Shown: positions 56,617 through 64,000 of the stretch, in pieces
Layout: every line of letters begins with the position of its first letter
How positions within the stretch are numbered: position 1 is the stretch's first letter
NCBI GenBank assembly: GCA_963675855.1
Contig: OY776633.1
Location: forward strand, 538,546-602,545
Length of the DNA: 64,000 nucleotides
Source of the DNA: Christensenellaceae bacterium
GTDB lineage: Bacteria > Bacillota > Clostridia > Christensenellales > CAG-138
Direction of reading: 5' to 3'
Notes under the pieces: model-generated
Database searches by the model: none
The model's input: the letters and a program-made list of their open reading frames with translations, nothing else
What the model was told of the DNA's origin: nothing
Program-made: the position numbers and the translations under genes

Positions 56617-57594
56617 ATGAACATCAAAGAAGTTGCAGCTCAAGCGATTGCGGCGAGAAAAGAAACCGGCGGTATCAAAAAGATCTGCTACGTGGGGTGC
56701 GGAGGATCTTTGGCAGCACTATACCCTGCTAAATATCTGTTGGAAAAAGAAAGCAATTCGCTGACGCGCATCGGCTTTTTTACGGCCAATGAATTTGTTC
56801 AGGCAACGCCGGCATATATTGACCGCAACACGCTGGTTATTGGCAGCTCGCACGAAGGCAAAACGCCTGAAACCATTGCCGCGCTGCAACTTGCCAGGGA
56901 GTTAGGTGCCGAGACAATTGGATTCACCTATTTTCCGGATGCGATTATCAAAACGGTCAGTGACCAGGTAGTAGTCTACAGCTTTGGCCCCAATGCTGTA
57001 TTTTCGCAGAAAAAAGAATCTTTGGTCCTGCGTCTGGCCATGGAACTGCTCAATCAGCTCGAAGGGTGGAGCCATTACGATCAGGCGATGGCGGGCTTTG
57101 ACCGCTATGACGATGTGGCGCTTGCCGCCAGGGAAAAAGCAATTCCTGACGCTCAGGCTTTTGCCGATAATTTTGCGCAGGAGAAGGTTCTATACACGGT
57201 TGGTTCGGGTGCTAGCTGGGCCTCGGCTTATATTGAATGCACTTGTATCCTGCTGGAAATGCAATGGATCAACTCCCACTGTATCCATGCCGGTGAATTT
57301 TTCCATGGACCGCTGGAAATTGTTGATTCCGAATCGCCGTTCCTGCTCTTCATGGGCGAAGGACCTACCAGGGTTATGGATGAAAGAGTCAAGGACTTCC
57401 TTAACAAATGGGGCCGTAAAGTGGCTATTATCGATGTAAAAGACCTGGGCATCAACGTGATAGACGATACGGTTGTTGAATACTTCGCACCCTTGCTGCT
57501 GATGGCCGTTGTCGACATCTACAATCAGAAATTGGCGTTTATCCGCAAGCACCCGATGACAACGCGGCGCTACATGTGGAAAATCAAGTATTGA
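56617..57594 (+). CDS. SIS domain-containing protein, FrlB/FraB-like fructosamine-6-phosphate deglycase
   Basis: RBS TAGGAGG; two SIS halves; GEFFHGPLEIVD..PFLLFMG and C-terminal RRYMWKIKY resemble my recollection of E. coli FrlB (GEFRHGPLEIVE...RRYYGGLVEY). Confidence 0.8.
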   Translation: MNIKEVAAQAIAARKETGGIKKICYVGCGGSLAALYPAKYLLEKESNSLTRIGFFTANEFVQATPAYIDRNTLVIGSSHEGKTPETIAALQLARELGAETIGFTYFPDAIIKTVSDQVVVYSFGPNAVFSQKKESLVLRLAMELLNQLEGWSHYDQAMAGFDRYDDVALAAREKAIPDAQAFADNFAQEKVLYTVGSGASWASAYIECTCILLEMQWINSHCIHAGEFFHGPLEIVDSESPFLLFMGEGPTRVMDERVKDFLNKWGRKVAIIDVKDLGINVIDDTVVEYFAPLLLMAVVDIYNQKLAFIRKHPMTTRRYMWKIKY

Positions 57595-57869
57595 TCTAGA
57601 GTGAAGCTGTATTTCAAGAGGGAGGAAAAGCCTCCGGCTTTCCCCCTCCCACAATACATAATCCAAGCCTTGAACGGCTTGTTAATGACAAAGAACCCGT
57701 CAGTGCGAACGCTGCAAGCTTCTTCACCACAACTGCCGAAAAGAATGTCACAATAAATAAAAGTAATTGAACACACTTGGTTAAATTGCTTGTATCATGT
57801 GACTGTATCGAAAAAGCGATACAAATACACTTCGAAATTTGCATTAAGCTATAGTGAGGGAGAACGAGA

Positions 57870-58688
57870 ATGGTGAAATTCGCTGCAGCAGGATATGTTT
57901 GTATTGATTATTATCCTGATTTTGACCAACGCAGTTACGTAACGGGAAACGGCGTTGACGTACTTTTCAATCTGCTTGACCTGAGAAATGACATTCAATC
58001 ATCTATTGTTTCCGCTGTTTCCGATGATGCATATGGGAAAATGTGCGTGGAAGCATTTCAGAAACGGAATATTGATTGCTCCCATCTGGAAATTATCCCG
58101 GGAGGGTTAACGCCTCGTGTACCGTTATATCTGAAAAACAACGACCGCGTACACGGAGATCCTGTTCGAGGCATTATGAAGAACTATGCGTTTTCTGATG
58201 AAGCCATAGATTTTATCTGCCGGCACGACATGATGCACAGTGATTTTACCGGACGCCTGATTCCGCGTCTGGAGAGCATTAAAAAACGGAACGTAAAGAT
58301 CTTTTTTGATTTGGGTAATCAGCGGGATCACCCGGACGTGAAGCACGTTTTAAGCAATATTGAATGCGGACTGGTTTCCTTTGAGGATGATTTGGAAAAG
58401 GGAAAAGAGTTTTTGCGTTACGCATGCGCGTTAGGCGCAAAGCTGATGATTGCTACATTTGCAAAAAATGGTTCAATTGCTTACGATGGTTCTTCCTTTT
58501 ATAAAGGGGAGATTGTACCGGTTGAATCTGTGATAAATACTGTAGGAGCAGGAGATTCTTATTTCGCAGGTTTCATTTCCGCCTTACTCGATGAAAAGCC
58601 GATTCCCGAATGCATGTTAAGCGGAGCAAAAAGAGCGGCTCAGGTTATTTCTGTTTTTGACCCATACTTGGAATACAACAAAAAATAG
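57870..58688 (+). CDS. PfkB-family carbohydrate kinase, FrlD-like fructosamine kinase
   Basis: RBS GAGGGAG; NNDRVHGDPVRGIM and NTVGAGDSYFAGF resemble E. coli FrlD (NDRVFGDYTEGVM, DTMGAGDSFIAGF) as I recall it. Confidence 0.8.
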   Translation: MVKFAAAGYVCIDYYPDFDQRSYVTGNGVDVLFNLLDLRNDIQSSIVSAVSDDAYGKMCVEAFQKRNIDCSHLEIIPGGLTPRVPLYLKNNDRVHGDPVRGIMKNYAFSDEAIDFICRHDMMHSDFTGRLIPRLESIKKRNVKIFFDLGNQRDHPDVKHVLSNIECGLVSFEDDLEKGKEFLRYACALGAKLMIATFAKNGSIAYDGSSFYKGEIVPVESVINTVGAGDSYFAGFISALLDEKPIPECMLSGAKRAAQVISVFDPYLEYNKK

Positions 58689-58707
58689 AGAATAGAGGAA
58701 TTAAGAT

Positions 58708-59559
58708 ATGGTGATCGACATTCACGCGCATCCGTTACTGTTTGACGAAATTAATGGCAATTCAGAGGATTTAGAATTCCGGAAACAGCAGTTTGGCGTT
58801 TATAAATCGGGGATCATGACGATTGATTTTGAGATGATCCTTCTGGAGGATGCACAGATTGATAAGGTTGTGCTTTTACCCGAGGATTATTCCGCAGAAG
58901 CGGGACGTGCCATCGTAAGCAACGATGAGATGGTTCGGATTGTTGCCAGAAGCCCGGAGCATTTCATTGGATTCGCCAGCGTCGATCCAAGACGTGTAGA
59001 TGCTGAAGAAGAACTGATCAGAGCTTTTGATTCACTGAAGCTGGCGGGATTGAAGCTGAATCTTTCACGATTGCATCTGTATCCGGATGATCCGAGCCTT
59101 GCGCCGCTTTATGAGATTTGCGAAAAAAGGAACAGACCGATTATGTTCCACGCCGGATACAGCTGGGAACCAAACACTCCTGCTAAGTATTCCGAACCCA
59201 TCCGGTTTGAAGATGTTGCGACAGGTTATCCGGATCTTCGCTTCTGCTTGGCGCATATGGGATGGCCTTGGTGGGAGGAAACCATCATGATGCTGATGAA
59301 GTATCCGAACGTATACGCTGATACCTCCACGGTATATATGGATTCTCCTAAGAATTTCTATGAGCAACTTTTCTCGGTAAACATGAATCTGAACTGGTTG
59401 CAAAACAGCTTCCAAGATAAGGTGATGTTCGGTTCCAATTGTCCGAGATTCAGGCATGTAAGAAGTCTTGCAGGCATCAAGAATCTTCCGCTGCGTAAGG
59501 ACGTTATGGATGCTGTTATAGGCGGAAACGCGGTTCGCTTCTTAGGATTGGAGGATTGA
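58708..59559 (+). CDS. amidohydrolase-family protein (PF04909-type TIM-barrel metal hydrolase)
   Basis: N-terminal DIHAHP, internal FHAG, LAHMGWPW and YADTS metal-ligand pattern. Confidence 0.8.
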   Translation: MVIDIHAHPLLFDEINGNSEDLEFRKQQFGVYKSGIMTIDFEMILLEDAQIDKVVLLPEDYSAEAGRAIVSNDEMVRIVARSPEHFIGFASVDPRRVDAEEELIRAFDSLKLAGLKLNLSRLHLYPDDPSLAPLYEICEKRNRPIMFHAGYSWEPNTPAKYSEPIRFEDVATGYPDLRFCLAHMGWPWWEETIMMLMKYPNVYADTSTVYMDSPKNFYEQLFSVNMNLNWLQNSFQDKVMFGSNCPRFRHVRSLAGIKNLPLRKDVMDAVIGGNAVRFLGLED

Positions 59560-59560
59560 C

Positions 59561-59989
59561 ATGGTTAAACTGATAGAAAATCAGATTGTAACTCGTAAAG
59601 AGTTCGAAATGATCAAGATCACGGACGAAGTATCAAAGGTCGTTGAAGAAAGCGGGATCACCAATGGCATGGTTGCAGTCATTACGAAGCATACGACAAC
59701 CGGGATAATAGTAAATGAAGCGCTTCCTTGTGTTGAGAAGGACATCGAGCTGCAGTTGGATCGTCTGGTTCCCAACGATTACCCTTATGTCCATACGCAC
59801 ATGCTTCCCACCTATGGAACCTGTTCTGGAAACGCGCCGGGGCACTTGAAGTCCATGTTGGCAGGCAATCACTGTATTTTCCCGGTTATGGATGGGAAAA
59901 TGATCCGTGGAAGAGAACAGAATATTTATTTTGTTGAGATGGACGGTTTGCAAGTCCGCAAATACTTCATCGAGGTCATGGGAGAATAA
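59561..59989 (+). CDS. YjbQ/UPF0047-family protein (secondary thiamine-phosphate synthase enzyme)
   Basis: 142 aa; HTTTGIIVNE and GHLKSML motifs typical of UPF0047. Confidence 0.75.
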   Translation: MVKLIENQIVTRKEFEMIKITDEVSKVVEESGITNGMVAVITKHTTTGIIVNEALPCVEKDIELQLDRLVPNDYPYVHTHMLPTYGTCSGNAPGHLKSMLAGNHCIFPVMDGKMIRGREQNIYFVEMDGLQVRKYFIEVMGE

Positions 59990-60035
59990 GCGCCTATATA
60001 TAGGCTAGAGCATTTTGTGGAATGAGGGATAACGT

Positions 60036-60689
60036 ATGATTTTAGGGTTTGATTTTACTTTCCTGAGCAAATACTGGTTTTTTTATCTGGAAGGTTTGAA
60101 GGTTACGCTGTCGCTGGCGTTCTGGACACTTATTCTGGCGACAATACTGGGGGTGGCCTTAGGGCTGCTTCGCAATCAAAATTATAAAATTGTCAGCGGT
60201 ATTATTGGTGGCTGGATCAACTTCATTCGCGGTGTTCCGGTTATGGTTCAGATTTTCATTGTCTATTATGGCGTTGCAACTGCCTTGCCGCCGTTCTGGG
60301 CAGCAGTAGTTTCATTGACAGTAAATAGCTCCGTATACATTGCAGAACATACCAGAGCCGGCATGCAGGCAGTTAATAAAGGTCAGCTTGAAGCGGCCAG
60401 ATGCATCGGCATGTCAAAGATGAAAGGAACCTGGTACATCATTATTCCGCAGGCCATCAAGAACATTCTGCCTTCGTTATGTAATGAATTTATCCTGTTA
60501 GTAAAGAATACTTCTATCGTGTCCGTAATTGCCCTTCACGAGTTGACGTATACCTCCAATTCTATCAGGGCAAATACGTTCCTGGCATTTGAACCGTTGA
60601 TAGTAACAGCAGTTATATACTTTGTTCTTACATATTCGTTGAAGAGACTGGTTAGTATACTCGAGAGGAGACTGCATGCACATGACTGA
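60036..60689 (+). CDS. amino acid ABC transporter permease (His/Glu/Gln/Arg/opine type)
   Basis: 217 aa, 5 TM; EAA-loop-like [13 protein letters not shown]. Confidence 0.85.
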   Translation: MILGFDFTFLSKYWFFYLEGLKVTLSLAFWTLILATILGVALGLLRNQNYKIVSGIIGGWINFIRGVPVMVQIFIVYYGVATALPPFWAAVVSLTVNSSVYIAEHTRAGMQAVNKGQLEAARCIGMSKMKGTWYIIIPQAIKNILPSLCNEFILLVKNTSIVSVIALHELTYTSNSIRANTFLAFEPLIVTAVIYFVLTYSLKRLVSILERRLHAHD

Positions 60690-61428
60690 TGGGAAAGAAA
60701 TTATCGTTCAGGTAATAGGATTAAAGAAAAATTTCGGGAAATTGGAAGTCCTCAAAGGCGTGGACATCGAGATTGAACGTGGTGAAGTCGTCGTGGTGAT
60801 CGGCCCATCCGGTTCGGGGAAATCGACATTGTTAAGATGCATGAACCTTCTAGAGATGCCAACGGCGGGCGACATACTGTTTCATGGGGAATCCATTTTA
60901 AGAAAAGACCTAAAGATCAACGAATATCGCGAAAGATTCGGAATGGTATTCCAGCTGTTCAATCTTTTTGATAATCTGTCGGTCCTTGAAAATGTAACCA
61001 TAGGCTTAAGGAAAGTCAGGAATAAAACAAAAGAAGAATCCAACAAAATCGCCATGGAACTGCTCAAGCGGGTAGGACTGGAAAGCAAGGCGAGCGAATA
61101 TCCATCCAGGCTTTCAGGCGGCCAGAAACAACGTGTTGCCATTGCACGTACACTTGCGATGGATCCGGAGGTGATCCTGTTTGATGAGGCGACTTCTGCG
61201 CTGGATCCGGAAATGATCGGTGAGGTTCTGAAAATCATGCGCGAGCTGGCTGTAGACGGCATGACCATGGTAGTTGTAACCCACGAGATGGGGTTTGCCC
61301 GCGAAGTTGGCGACCGTGTGGTATTTATGGATGACGGATTTATCGTTGAAGAGGGGATCGCAAAGGATGTCATTATGAATCCTCAGCATAAGAGAACAAA
61401 AGAGTTTTTAAGTAAGATGCTGATGTAA
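60676..61428 (+). CDS. amino acid ABC transporter ATP-binding protein
   Basis: Walker [10 protein letters not shown], signature [13 protein letters not shown], Walker [12 protein letters not shown]. Confidence 0.9.
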   Translation: MHMTDGKEIIVQVIGLKKNFGKLEVLKGVDIEIERGEVVVVIGPSGSGKSTLLRCMNLLEMPTAGDILFHGESILRKDLKINEYRERFGMVFQLFNLFDNLSVLENVTIGLRKVRNKTKEESNKIAMELLKRVGLESKASEYPSRLSGGQKQRVAIARTLAMDPEVILFDEATSALDPEMIGEVLKIMRELAVDGMTMVVVTHEMGFAREVGDRVVFMDDGFIVEEGIAKDVIMNPQHKRTKEFLSKMLM

Positions 61429-61489
61429 ATTTAATTACTGAATTATAAGCGATACGGCTTATATAAAACAAAAAAAAGGAGAAAAAGTC

Positions 61490-62446
61490 ATGAAAAAAAT
61501 CAGGAACCTGGTTTCGCTGTGCCTGGTAGCAATTATGCTGATCCCTCTTGCAGCATGCTCCAGCACTCCGACCACCACGCCCCCGGCAGAAGCAACTGAA
61601 GCAACGACAGAAGAAGCTACGACAGAAGAAGCAACGACAGAAGCGGTAACGACAGAAGAAGCCGAAGATTGGGGCCCGATTTTCGCCGACCTGATTGAGA
61701 ACGGCAAATTGAAAGTTGGCATTATTGGCAACGATCCGACCTTCTGTTTCCATACGCTACAGGATGGAAAAGACGTTCTGGTTGGTTTTGAAGTAGCCGG
61801 TATGTATGAGATGGCAGCCCGTTTGAGCGAGTACCTTGGTCGTGAAATCACCGTGGATTTCTACGAGAGCGATTTTACTGGCTGCATGTCTGCATTGCAG
61901 GCGGGCAAAATATACTTCGTGACGCGGCTCAGCCCCACGGACGAGCGCAAAGAGACATGGTTATTCACTGACGTATATCATAAATCCAATGAATGCTATG
62001 TAGCAAAGGCAGATAATGCAGACAATGATAACTTCACAGGAACTTTAAAAGGCGTTACAATTGCGGGCGCGATGGGTTCTATTGACATCACGATGACGCG
62101 TCACCTTTATCCGGACGCCACGATTCAGGAATTGAGTGCTCTTCCCGATCTTTTGTTGGCGGTGAAAAACGGAAAGGCCGATCTGGCTTGTATGAACGCG
62201 GTTTCCGCAGCGATGTCAGTGGCCGCTAATCCCGATCTGGTTGTAGTTGACAAACTGACCTGGGCGCCTACCGACGAATTCGACAAAGGATGCGGTCTGT
62301 GCATGGAATATGGCAACGAGGATTTTGCACAGTGGGCAAGCGACTTCTTTGCAGATATTACGGCGGAAGGCCTTTGGGCGCAGATGCAGTCTGATGCAGC
62401 AGCGCAACTCGACGAGAAGACCCTGCAGAATTTTATTATTGATTAA
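61490..62446 (+). CDS. ABC transporter substrate-binding lipoprotein (family 3, polar amino acid type) with Thr/Glu-rich linker
   Basis: Signal peptide with lipobox LAAC; EATTE repeats; SBP_bac_3-like body. Confidence 0.8.
   Translation: MKKIRNLVSLCLVAIMLIPLAACSSTPTTTPPAEATEATTEEATTEEATTEAVTTEEAEDWGPIFADLIENGKLKVGIIGNDPTFCFHTLQDGKDVLVGFEVAGMYEMAARLSEYLGREITVDFYESDFTGCMSALQAGKIYFVTRLSPTDERKETWLFTDVYHKSNECYVAKADNADNDNFTGTLKGVTIAGAMGSIDITMTRHLYPDATIQELSALPDLLLAVKNGKADLACMNAVSAAMSVAANPDLVVVDKLTWAPTDEFDKGCGLCMEYGNEDFAQWASDFFADITAEGLWAQMQSDAAAQLDEKTLQNFIID
61598..61657 (+). repeat. 15-nt tandem repeat x4 within the SBP gene (encodes EATTE units)
   Basis: gaagcaacgacagaa / gaagctacgacagaa / gaagcaacgacagaa / gcggtaacgacagaa. 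Confidence 0.85.
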
Positions 62447-62507
62447 GCGTAATGCGAATCAAAAAATACGAGCAGATTCTATTTTGAGTGAAAAACAGCA
62501 TAGAATG

Positions 62508-62541
62508 CCCTGTGTATCCAGCGCTTGCGCTGGATACGGGG
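62508..62541 (+). terminator. hairpin terminator after the SBP gene
   Basis: gtatccagcg-cttg-cgctggatac, weak T-tract (ctttct). Confidence 0.5.
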
Positions 62542-62748
62542 CTTTCTACTATGTATATAAAATGAAATAAAAATGAAATATAGAGATTGGGAGCCTGCTA
62601 AAATAAAAGACTATCTGATATGATACAACGAAACAATGATCCAAATATCGAAAGCAGGAAATGGAAGAGCGCAGGAAGAAATACGGTGAGCATTTCAAGA
62701 AGAATGCCGGTCTGTTATCTTATGCAAATCCAAAGGTATAGAGAAAAT

Positions 62749-63765
62749 ATGAGAAAACTGATGATACTGTCTACCGGCGGAACCATCGCCTGCACGCAGA
62801 CCGAGGACGGCCTGATCCCAACGCTGACCGCCGGCGACATCCTCGCCTTTACGCCGAACGCCAAGCGGCTCGGGCAGCTGGAAACGAAGACGATCTTCAA
62901 CCTGGACAGCTCGAATATTCAGCCCGAGGAGTGGCACATCATCGCAAAAGCCGTTTTCGACTGCCTGCCGGAGTACGACGGTATCGTGATCCTGCACGGT
63001 ACGGATACGATGGCGTATACGGCGTCCATGCTGTCCTTCATGCTGCAAAACGTCGACAAACCCGTGGTGATCACGGGCTCGCAGCTTCCCATCGGTCATC
63101 CGGATACGGACGCGAAGTTGAACCTCAGCCACGCGCTGATCACCGCCGCGAGCGGATTAAAGGGTATATTCGTCGTATTCGACAGAAAGATCATACTCGG
63201 CTGCCGCGCAGCGAAGGTGCGCACGACGAGCCAGAACGCGTTCGAGAGCATCAACCGCCCCGCCGTCGGGCGCATCCGCGCGAACCGCGTTAACATCGCC
63301 GTGCCGCCGGAGAAAAAAACCGCCGCGCCCGTACTGGACGACGCGATCGAGCCGAACGTATTTCTGCTCAAACTGATCCCCGGAACGAGACCGGAGGTGT
63401 TCGACGACATCGCGCGCATGGGCTACCGCGGCGTGGTGATCGAAGGCTTCGGCCTCGGCGGGATACACTGCCTGCGGAGAAACCTGCTCGACGGGATACA
63501 AAAATTGCTGGACGAGAACGTCGCGGTGCTGTTAACCACGCAGTGCCGCTACGAACCGTCCGATCCGGCGGTATACGAAACGGGGCGTCTCGCGCTGGAA
63601 CTCGGTATCATGCAATCCTACGACATGACGAGCGAATGCGCGGTGACCAAGCTTATGTGGGCGCTCGCGCACGCAGAGAATCCCGCGGACGTTCGGAAGT
63701 GGATGTATACGAATCTCTGCGGAGAGATCTCGCTCCCGCGCGGCGCAAAGGCGGCGCACGCTTGA
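62749..63765 (+). CDS. asparaginase, type I (cytoplasmic AnsA-like)
   Basis: ATG 62749 (MRKLMILSTGGTIA); catalytic TGGTIA and HGTDTM motifs; no signal peptide; the track ORF from 62620 is an extension. Confidence 0.85.
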   Translation: MRKLMILSTGGTIACTQTEDGLIPTLTAGDILAFTPNAKRLGQLETKTIFNLDSSNIQPEEWHIIAKAVFDCLPEYDGIVILHGTDTMAYTASMLSFMLQNVDKPVVITGSQLPIGHPDTDAKLNLSHALITAASGLKGIFVVFDRKIILGCRAAKVRTTSQNAFESINRPAVGRIRANRVNIAVPPEKKTAAPVLDDAIEPNVFLLKLIPGTRPEVFDDIARMGYRGVVIEGFGLGGIHCLRRNLLDGIQKLLDENVAVLLTTQCRYEPSDPAVYETGRLALELGIMQSYDMTSECAVTKLMWALAHAENPADVRKWMYTNLCGEISLPRGAKAAHA

Positions 63766-63875
63766 GCGGTTGCTTGAGTGCGACATAGACGCGGAGTTTG
63801 CAAATTTCGGACAACATGATTAGAGAGTTAACATATGGATTAGTATGGAAAAACCATGTTATGGGTGAATAAGCG

Positions 63876-64000
63876 TTGAACGAAGTAAAAAAAACAATTG
63901 CATTGGCAGATAACTGCGTTGATATTTACTACAAATTTAATCGTTTTTATGTTGCCGGAAATAGCATCAACTTCGCCTTGAATTATAGAGCTCTGGGTGG
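63876..64000 (+). CDS. 5' end of a second FrlD-like PfkB kinase (runs off the window)
   Basis: From TTG 63876: NEVKKTIALADNCVDIYYKFNRFYVAGNSINFALNYRALG, close to the E. coli FrlD N-terminus (IGDNCVDIY...GGNAVNVAVY) as I recall it; absent from the ORF track because no stop is reached. Confidence 0.5.
   Translation, partial: MNEVKKTIALADNCVDIYYKFNRFYVAGNSINFALNYRALG

Noticed and set aside
57595-57869. 275-nt gap between the FrlB-like and FrlD-like genes as a possible hidden gene or riboswitch
   Set aside because: It contains only short hairpins (gggaggaaaagcc/ggctttccccctccc, caagcc/ggcttg, gtatcg/cgatac) and shadow ORFs with no RBS. This is probably an intra-operon attenuator or processing region, but the evidence is too thin to call.
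61598-61657. CRISPR-like or other non-coding repeat arrays (also 24802-24850)
   Set aside because: The repeats are contiguous 15-nt and 18-nt in-frame coding tandem repeats with no spacers. No CRISPR array or cas genes occur anywhere in the window.
62560-62748. 25-aa ORF (MEERRKKYGEHFKKNAGLLSYANPKV) upstream of the asparaginase
   Set aside because: The putative RBS is only about 2 nt from the ATG and nothing supports conservation. It is most likely non-coding junction DNA at the island edge.
54730-62770. Integrase gene and att direct repeats delimiting the low-GC island
   Set aside because: No tyrosine or serine recombinase ORF is present. I found no copy of the tRNA 3' end near 62450-62770 or 63766-63875, so the island cannot be called an intact integrative element.

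Overview
GC-rich (about 60% G+C by hand counts of sampled lines) chromosomal segment. Gene content and AGGAGG-type ribosome-binding sites suggest a strictly anaerobic Firmicutes/Clostridia-like bacterium; no similarity search was run, so all family calls rest on motifs I recognise in the ORF translations. In order, the window holds:
- 1-6429: a nucleoside uptake/cleavage locus (BMP-type ABC transporter, two tandem nucleoside hydrolases, uridine phosphorylase, ribokinase).
- 6426-15267: assorted oxidoreductases and hydrolases, then envelope genes (SH3b protein, O-antigen-ligase-like protein, small lipoprotein, sugar nucleotidyltransferase, galE).
- 15604-24036: a ten-gene HydABC-type electron-bifurcating [FeFe]-hydrogenase operon. 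Six uncharacterised accessory genes sit inside it: 2x DRTGG, 2x GHKL ATPase, a HydS-like H-cluster protein and a PHP phosphoesterase.
- 24177-54507: housekeeping genes (yhbY, obg, nth, glmM, trxB, pepT, mutY, recR-ybaB-dnaX, radA), mixed with arcA-arcB plus a relic second arcB 3' end, and a DUF1015-aspartokinase operon.
- 54575-54729: a decayed tRNA copy followed by an intact tRNA-Arg(CCG).
- From about 54730: composition drops to roughly 33-45% G+C for about 8 kb. This island has no integrase but carries an IS3 transposase relic. It encodes a GntR regulator, FrlB-like deglycase, FrlD-like kinase, PF04909 amidohydrolase, YjbQ-like protein and an amino-acid-type ABC importer, i.e. an Amadori-compound (fructosamine) utilisation locus with non-canonical extra enzymes.
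- 62749-64000: a GC-rich type I asparaginase followed by the AT-rich start of a second FrlD-like kinase.

The most interesting items are the hydrogenase-embedded kinase/phosphatase/DRTGG module, a non-canonical TSCSPGW H-cluster motif in HydA, the composite Amadori island and a long promoter-driven leader RNA upstream of a zinc-ribbon gene. Many long ORFs in the track are antisense artefacts of high GC content and were rejected.
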